Part shown: positions 38,595-47,243 of the stretch, piece by piece
How the letters are laid out: each line of letters begins with the position of its first letter
Position numbering within the stretch: position 1 is the stretch's first letter
Source: an uncultured Gammaproteobacteria bacterium
GTDB taxonomy: Bacteria > Pseudomonadota > Gammaproteobacteria > JACCXJ01
Assembly: GCA_963764725.1 (NCBI GenBank)
Contig: CAVXTM010000018.1
Location: 352,001-416,000, forward strand
DNA length: 64,000 nt
Reading direction: 5' to 3'
Notes under the pieces: model-generated
The model's input: the letters and a program-made list of their open reading frames with translations, nothing else
Told to the model about the DNA's origin: nothing
Database searches by the model: none
Translations under genes and position numbers: made by a program

Positions 38595-40564
38595 ACATCC
38601 GGCGACAATCCTTCAGTACATCCGAACACTGCGTGCTCTCCGCTTGGCGGGAGCAACTGGCGCAAGCCGCGCAGGGTCTCTCGCAACAACTCGTTCAGCA
38701 GGCGCCACAGCTTCTGCCCCGTTTTGCGGCCTATTACACGAAGCTGCAACAGTTGCCACGGCGGGTGCGGCGGCGCCTGCAACGGCAATTCCGTACGGTG
38801 TGCCGTGCGCACCATTTCTCTGCAAACAGAACGCACCCGACACGAACCCAATCGCTCGCCGGCGTGGCGCTGTTGCTGGCCCTAGGTCAGGCGCCGGCGC
38901 TGGCCGCCACCATCAACGTCGGCGGCGGTTGTTCGCTGGTGAACGCCATTAATTCGGCCAATCAGGAGGCTTCGGTCGGCGGATGCACGGCCGGTAGCGG
39001 TGCGGACACCATTGTGCTACCTGCAAACAGCACCCGCACACTTACGACGGTCAACAATACAAGCTATGGACCTAACGGTCTGCCGGTCATCAGCAGCGCT
39101 ATCACGATCGACGGTAACGGCAGCACCATCACGAGGGGTAATAGCGCGCCGAATCTCCGTATCTTTACCGTGAGCAGCACGGGAAATCTGACCCTGGCGG
39201 AGACCACAGTGAGCCAAGGCGTAGGCGCCGGGGCGTTCCCTGACAATGTCGGTGGCGGCATATTAAACGTTCAAGGTACCGTCAAGCTGATCAACAGCAC
39301 CCTCTCGGAGAATCGTGCTACCGCTGGCGGCGGCCTGCATAACCGTGGCGGCACCGTTAGCCTGAACAACAGCACCGTCTCTGGCAATGACGCCTCCTAT
39401 GGCGGCGGCGGCGTGGATAATCACGTTTCCGGCGTTCTCACCATCACTAACAGCACTATCTCGGGCAATTCCAGCACTCGTGGTGGCATGCTTAACCGCG
39501 AGAGCAGCACCCTCACCATCACCAACAGCACCATCTCGGGTAATGAGGGCGGATTCTTCGGCGGCGTGGCCAACTTGGGCGTCAGCACTCTCATCCTGAG
39601 CAACAGTACCGTCTCAGGCAACTCCTCGTTGCTCAATGGCGGTGGCATAGGTAACTTCGACTCCAGCACTGCCACGGTGAGCAACAGCACCATCTCGGGC
39701 AATTCCGCCTTGGGCAGTTCCGTCTCGGATGGCGGCGGCGTGGCTAACTACAACTCCAGCACGCTCATTCTGAGCGACAGCACCATTTCCGGTAATTCCG
39801 CCTCGGGTACCGGCGGCGGCGTGGCTAACGGCAGCAGCATTCTCACCCTGCGCCGTACGCTGATCTCGGGCAATACCGCCCCCATCGGAGCGGAGGTCAG
39901 GATCGTTAGCAGCACTATTAATGCCGACAACTTCAACCTGATTGGACACAGCGGGCTGACCAATGCACAGGCGTTTACGAACTTCATCCCAGGTGCGAGC
40001 GATATCGCTGCCACTTCGAACGGCAATACGCCCACCGCTCTTACGGGCATCGTCAATCCGACTTTGGCCAACAACGGCGGTCTGACCCAGACCCGCGCCC
40101 TAGCCTTAGGTAGCCCGGCCGTGGACGCGGTAGCGGCCGGCTGTTCGCCACCGAATACAGATCAACGGGGCGTACCAAGGCCGCAGGATGCCAACAACAG
40201 CGGTTTTTTGATTTGTGATATTGGAGCCTTCGAACGGGTGCCGCCCGGCACCGTGACTTGCGACGGTCTGCCTGCCACCATAGTCGGCACACCCGCCAGC
40301 GAGACTATCACCGGCACGCCCGGCCCTGATGTGATCCAAGGCTTAGGCGGCAATGATCTGATTCGGGGTTTAGGAGGCAACGACGTTGTCTGCGGTGGGT
40401 CCGGCAACGATCGCCTATTCGGCGGCCCTGGCGACGACCGCTTGTTCGGCGGCGCCGGTACCGATCGCCTTGCCGGGGAACTCGGCTTCGACCGCTGCGA
40501 CGGCGGCTCGCCTGCCACCGGCGATACGGCCGCTAGCTGCGAGCCGGTACGCAACGTGCCGTAG
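38591..40564 (+). CDS. Secreted beta-helix protein (GGG-x-x-N/NSTISGN repeats) with choice-of-anchor-Q-like and RTX Ca-binding C-terminus
   Basis: Repeated NSTISGN..GGG; LANNGGLTQT...SPAVD...DQRG...CDIGAFE; GGxGNDxLxG nonapeptides. Confidence 0.88.
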   Translation: MNIRRQSFSTSEHCVLSAWREQLAQAAQGLSQQLVQQAPQLLPRFAAYYTKLQQLPRRVRRRLQRQFRTVCRAHHFSANRTHPTRTQSLAGVALLLALGQAPALAATINVGGGCSLVNAINSANQEASVGGCTAGSGADTIVLPANSTRTLTTVNNTSYGPNGLPVISSAITIDGNGSTITRGNSAPNLRIFTVSSTGNLTLAETTVSQGVGAGAFPDNVGGGILNVQGTVKLINSTLSENRATAGGGLHNRGGTVSLNNSTVSGNDASYGGGGVDNHVSGVLTITNSTISGNSSTRGGMLNRESSTLTITNSTISGNEGGFFGGVANLGVSTLILSNSTVSGNSSLLNGGGIGNFDSSTATVSNSTISGNSALGSSVSDGGGVANYNSSTLILSDSTISGNSASGTGGGVANGSSILTLRRTLISGNTAPIGAEVRIVSSTINADNFNLIGHSGLTNAQAFTNFIPGASDIAATSNGNTPTALTGIVNPTLANNGGLTQTRALALGSPAVDAVAAGCSPPNTDQRGVPRPQDANNSGFLICDIGAFERVPPGTVTCDGLPATIVGTPASETITGTPGPDVIQGLGGNDLIRGLGGNDVVCGGSGNDRLFGGPGDDRLFGGAGTDRLAGELGFDRCDGGSPATGDTAASCEPVRNVP

Positions 40565-40825
40565 CCGCGTAGAGCCCGGATGCGGTGCGGTGAGCCCCGC
40601 GAACCTTGCAGGCAGCGCGGCCGTGGCCGAAGACGCCTACGCTCGTCTCCGACCCGCGGGCATGACCCAGCTCCACGATAGCGAGATCAACACGGCGGGC
40701 CATCCGAGTCTCAGCTTCCAAGACACCGGCTCACATCGAGGATCGAGGTCAGGTCTTTCAATGGCACATTTGTTGTCTGCCTGGGATATGCGGAATTTTT
40801 ACTCCGACCCCCACCTGCGGATGGG

Positions 40826-41389
40826 TTAAGCCGCGGCGGGACTCAAGAACGACGCGAACACCTCGGCGCAGCGTCGCCAGGAAAACACCTGCGCATGGTC
40901 GGTGCATGCATTGCTATCGAGCTTGAGCGCATCGAGCACGGCTTGGCGCAAGTCTTCATCCGATCTTCTTTCGGGGTTCAAGCGTAACGCCATGATAATA
41001 CATAGCAAATTAAGAAATCATCATTCTGCTACTGGGTACATCATTACACTTTCACGCCCAGGAGTTTGAAGGCATGGCGTTGTAAGGCGGTGGGCCGGGT
41101 GTGCCGGGAAGGTCCAATGCCAAGAACGCTTCGATGTTCTTCTCCACCGCCACCCGGCCGGTATACATCGCAATCGGGCGGGGCGCATCCAGGAAGCCCT
41201 TCGGCCGCGGCCGGAACAGTTCGGTATCGACGCCCCGCGACCACACGACCACGTTCTTAAATCCACGGGCAAGGAGCAGTTGTTGGACCGAGCTCGTGCT
41301 TACCAGCGTGCTCCGGTCTTTTCCAAGGTCGTGACCACACCGTTGACCTGGGGGTACCAGGCATCGGTGGAAATCGCAATCCTGGCCAT
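40826..41389 (-). pseudogene. Decayed GT4 glycosyltransferase (Agt-like)
   Basis: Pieces MARIAISTDAWYPQVNGVVTTL, WSRGVDTELFRP...GRVAVEKNIEAFL and DLRQAVLDAL...FSWRRCAEVF are separated by deletions and frameshifts. Confidence 0.8.
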
Positions 41390-41391
41390 CC

Positions 41392-42189
41392 TTAGGCCGC
41401 GACGGCTTGAACCTGCTTCAAAGAGTGCTGTGCATCCGACCAATGCACCAGCTGCAAAGATCCGTCGTGAAGCTCGACCAGCGCGGTGCAGCTCTCTACC
41501 CAGTCGCCGCTGTTGCAATAAAGCACTCCGTTGATGCTGGTGATCTCGGCCCTATGGATGTGACCGCAGATCAATCCGTCCACCTTCCGTCGGGCGGCTT
41601 CGTAGGACAGCGCCGCCTGGAAGTTGCTCATGTATTGAACGGCGGTTTTCACCTTGTGCTTCATAAAGCCGGCCAATGACCAATACGTGAATCCGAGCCG
41701 GCGGCGCACGTAGTTAACGAGGTGGTTCAAACGCAGCAGCCAGTCATAGACCTTGGTGCCGATGAGGGCCAGGGATGGTGAGTATTTCACCACGGCATCG
41801 AACTGATCGCCGTGCAAGACCAAGAATCGGCGTCCGTCGGCCGTGACATGAATGACTTCATTTTTGACCAGCACATTGCCGAGCACCATCCCATCGTAGT
41901 CGCGGAACATTTCGTCGTGATTTCCCGGAACAAACACCACGCGGGTGCCATGCTTTGCCTTGCCGAGCAGGGTGCGTAATACATTATTGTGGGATTGGGG
42001 CCAGAACAGCCGCTTTTTCATGTGCCACAGATCGATGATATCCCCGACGAGGTAGAGGTAATCGCAGCGCGTGGAACGCAAAAAGTCGAGCAGATACTCG
42101 GCGCGGCATCCTGGAAATCCAAGATGAACATCCGAGATCCAGACTGCCCGATAATGCCCTTCCGGACCCAGCGTATGAATCGTCTTCAT
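41392..42189 (-). CDS. LpxH2/PlcP-like metallophosphoesterase
   Basis: WISDVHLG, LVGDIID, PGNHD, LHGDQFD, CGHIH, NSGDWVESC. Confidence 0.88.
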   Translation of the reverse strand: MKTIHTLGPEGHYRAVWISDVHLGFPGCRAEYLLDFLRSTRCDYLYLVGDIIDLWHMKKRLFWPQSHNNVLRTLLGKAKHGTRVVFVPGNHDEMFRDYDGMVLGNVLVKNEVIHVTADGRRFLVLHGDQFDAVVKYSPSLALIGTKVYDWLLRLNHLVNYVRRRLGFTYWSLAGFMKHKVKTAVQYMSNFQAALSYEAARRKVDGLICGHIHRAEITSINGVLYCNSGDWVESCTALVELHDGSLQLVHWSDAQHSLKQVQAVAA

Positions 42190-42245
42190 CAGCGCATCCC
42201 CAGGATTAAAACTTGGCAACTATGACGCACGATTATTGCGCACAA

Positions 42246-42274
42246 ATGAAGAACTCATGTCGGACGTGTGAAGG
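42246..42274 (-). promoter_or_regulatory. Candidate Pho-box array
   Basis: Minus-strand 7-mers CCTTCAC, CCGACAT and TCTTCAT at 11-bp spacing (consensus CTGTCAT), upstream of a plcP-like gene. Confidence 0.4.
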
Positions 42275-42430
42275 TTGATCAGCGACGATGCCGCGCTAAA
42301 CTTCTTCGATATAGAAATCCTGAGCTGATGATGATACAAGGACGACATCATTCTGGAGTCCCGATGGGCCGGCGATCGTTCACCGCGCGTTCGCTTAGCG
42401 CCCTCGCAGACTTGTGGGTATCACGCACCG

Positions 42431-43516
42431 ATGAGCAACAGTCTTGAAATCAAGGAGGTCGCGATCCACCCGCTAGAGGTGCCCTTGATCGCACCCTTCA
42501 CCACCTCCGCATCGGAGCTCGAGGTGGTCAACAACCTTGCCGTTAGTATAGAACTGACCAACGGCGCGCGCGGCTGGGGCGAGGTGCCGATTTTGCCTCC
42601 GATCACCGTCGAGGACCAGGCGAGCGCACGTATAGCGCTTGCCGATGAAGCCGGACGGCTCGCCGGCGAAAACGCGGGTGCATGGCGACGCATCGGGGCG
42701 GAGCTCGCAGAGCGCATCCCGCACCTCGCGGCGGTGCGTGCCGGGATCGAAATGGCACTGATCGACGCGCTGACGCGCAGTTGGGGCGCGGCTTTGTTTC
42801 AATTTTTTGGCGGCTGCGAGGACCAAGTGATCACTGATATCACCATACCGATCTGTCCCGCCAGCGCCGCGCAAGACCTGGCCGCGCGTTATCGACAGGC
42901 CGGGTTCACGACCATCAAAGTAAAGATCGGAGGTGATCTCGGCCTGGACAGCGAGCGGGTACGCGTCATCCGGCGCGGCCATCCCGAATGCCGATTGATC
43001 CTCGATGCAAACGCCGGCTACACGCCGGATCAGATCTTGGCTTTATTGCGGGATCTGCGTCTTGCCGCGATCGAGGTGGCGCTGCTGGAACAACCGGTCG
43101 CCCGTGAAGACTGGGAAGGACTCGGGAAGCTGGCGCGCGAGGCAGGCATGCCGGTGGCTGCCGATGAATCCTGCCGCAGCCCCGCGGATGCGATCCGGAT
43201 CGGGGCGCACAAGCTCGCCCAGGTCATCAATATAAAGCTTGCCAAATGCGGCGTCGTGCAGGCGCTGGAGATCGCCGCGATCGCACGCGCTTCTGGCCTT
43301 GGGCTCATGATCGGCGGGATGGTGGAAACGCGCCTCGCCATGGGCTTTAGTGCGCACTTCGCGGCGGGGCTCGGCGGCTTCGATTGGATCGATCTCGACA
43401 CACCGCTCTTGCTCTCCACGGACCCGATTGCCGGAGGATACCGCGCGCAGGGCGCGAGGTACCGGCTGGATACCGGTTGCGCCGGACACGGTGGATACTT
43501 GCGGGCTTGCGGTTGA
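42431..43516 (+). CDS. Dipeptide (L-Ala-D/L-Glu) epimerase, enolase superfamily
   Basis: KVK, LDANAGY, LLEQP, ADES, NIKLAKCG, DLDTP. Confidence 0.92.
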   Translation: MSNSLEIKEVAIHPLEVPLIAPFTTSASELEVVNNLAVSIELTNGARGWGEVPILPPITVEDQASARIALADEAGRLAGENAGAWRRIGAELAERIPHLAAVRAGIEMALIDALTRSWGAALFQFFGGCEDQVITDITIPICPASAAQDLAARYRQAGFTTIKVKIGGDLGLDSERVRVIRRGHPECRLILDANAGYTPDQILALLRDLRLAAIEVALLEQPVAREDWEGLGKLAREAGMPVAADESCRSPADAIRIGAHKLAQVINIKLAKCGVVQALEIAAIARASGLGLMIGGMVETRLAMGFSAHFAAGLGGFDWIDLDTPLLLSTDPIAGGYRAQGARYRLDTGCAGHGGYLRACG

Positions 43517-43583
43517 GCACGGGACGCTGGCGCGGGGGCGCCGAAGCGAAAGGCACCGGTCGGTATATCATCGTTCGCGTGTA

Positions 43584-43692
43584 AGAGGTTGTGAATAAAT
43601 CGTCGCGAGCAGCGTCGAGCGCCAGGAGCCGCGGAGCGAGCGAGCACGCGACACAGCGATCGGGATGCGCCGCAGATTTATTCAAAACCTCT
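43584..43692. mobile_element. MITE-like element related to those at 47065 and 54702, in opposite orientation and internally deleted
   Basis: TIR agaggttgtgaataaatc / gatttattcaaaacctct (17/18); internal gccgcggagcgag...cgagcacgcgaca is shared. Confidence 0.65.
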
Positions 43693-43707
43693 GAGTGGAG
43701 AGTTGAC

Positions 43708-44373
43708 ATGATCTTCAAATCCTCATTGCTTTCCTTGGCGCTTAGCCTATTGTTGTACGGCTGCGCGGACGGAGCTCTGCATCTCAAAATGGAGCTTGAA
43801 AAAACCTACGGCCTCTCGGCTGGCGATCCCGTGGTATTTGAGAATGACAGGGTGGGCGCCGTCGCTTCCGTGCAGTCCCGCGACCCCAGTGGGTTTATCG
43901 CCAACCTCGAGATCCTCAAGGAGAAACGCGACTTAGCGACAACGAATGCTCGCTTCCGGATCGCTGATCGCCCATCCGTTGCGCAACGAAAGCAAGTCGA
44001 GATTATTCACGCCGGCGCCGATGGAACACCGCTAGAAGACGGCGCGACCGTTCAAGGCGCCCTGGCATCGGCGCCGCTGTTCCCGTTTAGCGAGCTGTTT
44101 GGGGGAATGGCGGAAGGCCTCCGGAACTTGAGAGAACAGACGGAGCGCTTCCGGCGGGAGTTCGAGAACATTCCGGACTCCGACGAAGCCCGTCAGTTGC
44201 GCGAGGAATGGTGGCGGCTGCTCGAGGAAATTCAAAGAGCGCAAAGCGAAGCGAAAGAATCTCTGCGCGAGGAAATACTGCCCAAGCTCGAAGAAGAGAT
44301 GGAAAACCTGAGAAAGAAATTCGAGGAAATGAAACCCGAGGATTCTAAGCGCGGCTCGCCGTTAGAAACCTAG
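43708..44373 (+). CDS. MlaD/MCE-domain lipoprotein with C-terminal coiled coil
   Basis: Lipobox LYGC; GLSAGDPVVFENDRVGAVASV is MCE-like. Confidence 0.7.
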   Translation: MIFKSSLLSLALSLLLYGCADGALHLKMELEKTYGLSAGDPVVFENDRVGAVASVQSRDPSGFIANLEILKEKRDLATTNARFRIADRPSVAQRKQVEIIHAGADGTPLEDGATVQGALASAPLFPFSELFGGMAEGLRNLREQTERFRREFENIPDSDEARQLREEWWRLLEEIQRAQSEAKESLREEILPKLEEEMENLRKKFEEMKPEDSKRGSPLET

Positions 44374-44383
44374 CGAAGAGGGC

Positions 44384-45037
44384 CTATTTTGGAATCGATT
44401 CCAGCATCGGAACGGGCGCGATCTCCACGCGCCGGTTACGGGCACGGTTGGCTTCCGAGATGTTGGCGGCGATGGGCTTGGTCTCGCCGAATCCGGCGGC
44501 GAACACCTTGCCGGGAGGGAATCCCGCCGCGATCAGCGCGCGCATGACGGTCAATGCCCGCTCGGTCGATAGCTCCCAATTATCCCGGAACGGGCTGGTG
44601 ATCCCGCGCAACGGCCGATCATCGGTAAAGCCGCTCACCATCGCATTCATCTCGCCCTGTTCGGTATAGATCCGCAACGGCGTAGCTATGTTTTCGATCA
44701 GTTGCTGGCCTTCCGCGGACAGCTCCGCCGATCCCAACTGAAACAGCACGCTGCCCTGCATCCCGATGCGGCCTTCCCTGAGGGTGATACGCCCTTCGGC
44801 CAGCGGTTTCGCCAAGGCGCGCTCCAACGCCGCCAAGCGCTTGGCTTCCGCTTGGCGAGCTTCTTTTTCTTCCCGCAGTTGCACCGCCAACTCGATTTGC
44901 AGCACCGTGGACCAAACAAAAAGCAATACGAATATCCCGAGCAGGCCGACCATAATATCGGCTATCGCCGGCCAGATGCTCCACGCAGGGGTGGTATCCA
45001 TGGCTTCATCGGCGAGCGGCGTCGGTGAGATCTTCAT
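44384..45037 (-). CDS. MotB/ZorB-like OmpA-domain membrane protein
   Basis: TM with conserved Asp (WPAIADIMVGLL); GFTDD, NWELSTERA, NRRVEI. Confidence 0.85.
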   Translation of the reverse strand: MKISPTPLADEAMDTTPAWSIWPAIADIMVGLLGIFVLLFVWSTVLQIELAVQLREEKEARQAEAKRLAALERALAKPLAEGRITLREGRIGMQGSVLFQLGSAELSAEGQQLIENIATPLRIYTEQGEMNAMVSGFTDDRPLRGITSPFRDNWELSTERALTVMRALIAAGFPPGKVFAAGFGETKPIAANISEANRARNRRVEIAPVPMLESIPK

Positions 45038-45055
45038 CGGAGCTCGGCGCCGTCT

Positions 45056-46897
45056 CTAACTCGATTCACGCAAAGCCGTAATCAAGCGCCGCAACTCGTC
45101 GCCGCGATGTTTGTCCGCTTCGGAAATCACCTGCACGATCTCCTTGAATTCCTTGATGCGCGCCCGTTCTCCGTAGTGCAAAGCTTCCGCGGTCTCCGCC
45201 AGCGCTGCGATGAGCTTATTGAAATGCGCATCCCAACCGGCAGCCTTGTCCGCGATGCCAAGCTCCACTCTTTTTACCAGTTGCTGCGCCCAGGCATTGA
45301 GGCTGGTGATCTGTTCGGTATCGGCGCGCCTGCGATCCTCGAGATCTTCGCGCATCTTCTCCAACATGGAGTCGAACTGCCGCTGTTGCCGCCCCTGCTC
45401 AATGCCCCAGGTCTTGCGCAATTGCTGGCGATCTTCCTCGTGCCGATCGACGATTACCGCATACTTAAGCGACAATTCGGATAGATTCTTGGCGGCTTGA
45501 TCGGCAAACGTCGAAGTCTGTCGGTCGAAACGCGTCACCAGATCCTGGTAGTGCTGGTTCATCCGTCCCAGGAGCTCCTGGTGCTGCGCCGCCAACGCTT
45601 CGGACTCCTGGGTGGCTCGAGCGCGAACGGCGTCGAGATGACTATCGAGCGCACGGCGCTGGGTCTCGCCCTCCTTGAGCCGGCTTTCGGCGTCATTGCG
45701 CCAGCTTGCGTCGATCGCGGCCACATGCTGTTCCAACTTCTCCAGGTAACCGGAATAGTGTTTACCGATCGTTTCCACATACGCCTGCAGCGCGCCGGTA
45801 AGCTCTTGGGCATGGACAGCTAACTTGTCGAAATGCTGAAGCTCTTGCACGCTTCGAGCTTGCCGCTCCCATTCGAACAACTTCAAGAGCTCCTCGCGTT
45901 GCTCTTGATCGCGTTGCGTACCGCTATCGAAGCGGGCCTGGACTTTGGAAAAGAGATCTTTACCGGCATCATCCATAATGCCGGCCGCATGCACGAGTAT
46001 GCCCTTGATGGCGGGTTCAATCTCGGCGCCAAAGCGTTTCACGGCGACGCTTAAATCCGCCCGGATAAGCTCCACCTTCTCGCTAATGGCGTCGGCGATG
46101 TGATTCGCAAACAACTCCTGGGCGTTACGGGCATCATCGCGCGCGGACATTAAGCCCGTCACGGCATCCTGGAAACGCTCCACGACAGCGGGAACGGCCG
46201 TCCCCTGCTCCACCAGCTTTTCGAGCGCCGCGATCTGCCGCGCAACTGGATGAAGCTGGGTCAACGAGCTCGCGGCGAGGCCCGAGACAAGATCATTGAG
46301 GCGGCTTTCCTCGCGCCGCGTCAGCGTAGCCGCCAAACCCAGGATCACCGAGGTCGCCACCCCGGAGACCGAGGTACCGAACGCGCGCGCCAGCCCGGCA
46401 ATCGGGGCCAGCAGCGACTCGCGCAAGGTTTCCAGTTCGGCCGTGCTCTGTAGCGCCGCGCGCGTACCGCTCAAGGTGTCAACCAAACCGATGAAGGTCC
46501 CAATCAGCCCAAGCAAGATCAACGCACCGATCAAGTAGGGTGTGTACGGTGCGCGCAAACTACTCACCTGCACACCCTCGTAAAGCCGGCCATGCACGAT
46601 TCGGTAGAGCGCGGGGCTCAAGCTGTCGAACTGTTCCTCGGCGGGCAGGTTATCATCCAATTCTTGAAGTTCTTTTTGGAATTGCTCGATGTCGGTGGTT
46701 TGCAGCCATAATTCATTTATGCCGAAGCCGAAACCCATCAATATGAGCACGACGATGAAAATCGCGCGGAAATCCTCGTAAGGCGCATAGGTGATGATGA
46801 CCCAAAGCGGGATGATCAAGCCCAGCAATCCGCAATAGAGGATGAGAATACGCGGCGCGGTGAGGCGGGCCCAGGATTGTATTTTTTTATATTGCAT
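45056..46897 (-). CDS. MotA/ZorA-like membrane protein with long cytoplasmic helical tail (DUF802-like)
   Basis: PYLIGALILLGLIGTFIGL...GLARAFGTSVSGVATS MotA/ExbB-type helices, then ~400 aa of coiled coil. Confidence 0.8.
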   Translation of the reverse strand: MQYKKIQSWARLTAPRILILYCGLLGLIIPLWVIITYAPYEDFRAIFIVVLILMGFGFGINELWLQTTDIEQFQKELQELDDNLPAEEQFDSLSPALYRIVHGRLYEGVQVSSLRAPYTPYLIGALILLGLIGTFIGLVDTLSGTRAALQSTAELETLRESLLAPIAGLARAFGTSVSGVATSVILGLAATLTRREESRLNDLVSGLAASSLTQLHPVARQIAALEKLVEQGTAVPAVVERFQDAVTGLMSARDDARNAQELFANHIADAISEKVELIRADLSVAVKRFGAEIEPAIKGILVHAAGIMDDAGKDLFSKVQARFDSGTQRDQEQREELLKLFEWERQARSVQELQHFDKLAVHAQELTGALQAYVETIGKHYSGYLEKLEQHVAAIDASWRNDAESRLKEGETQRRALDSHLDAVRARATQESEALAAQHQELLGRMNQHYQDLVTRFDRQTSTFADQAAKNLSELSLKYAVIVDRHEEDRQQLRKTWGIEQGRQQRQFDSMLEKMREDLEDRRRADTEQITSLNAWAQQLVKRVELGIADKAAGWDAHFNKLIAALAETAEALHYGERARIKEFKEIVQVISEADKHRGDELRRLITALRESS

Positions 46898-47064
46898 AGG
46901 GTCCTCACTCTAGAATATACACCTAACCCGATGGACCACAACACCGCTCGCCTAATTCTACGGGCGCCTCCCCGAGACAGCGCGGGCCGCAGGGTGAATA
47001 TTACGCAGAAACGCCGCGTCCACGCCACCACTCACTGACGGGCATGTGATCGCTTTCACTTAGA

Positions 47065-47206
47065 GAAGCTCTGCAAAAGTTACTGCGCGGGCCCATCTGC
47101 TTTGTCGCGTGCTCGCTCGTCGCTCGCCTATCTACCTGATATGTCTCGCGACTCGCTCCGCGGCTTCGCGCATCTGGGCTTGCTCGCGACACTTTTGCAG
47201 AGCTTC
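47065..47206. mobile_element. MITE, 142 bp
   Basis: Perfect 16-bp TIR GAAGCTCTGCAAAAGT; near-identical copy at 54702-54844. Confidence 0.85.
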
Positions 47207-47243
47207 CGTAGGAGGCTCCCGCGGTAATTCCCGGCTAATGGCG

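Noticed and set aside
40761-40778. TGGCACATTTGTTGTC as a sigma-54 promoter
   Set aside because: It has GT instead of the invariant -12 GC, and no plus-strand gene follows.
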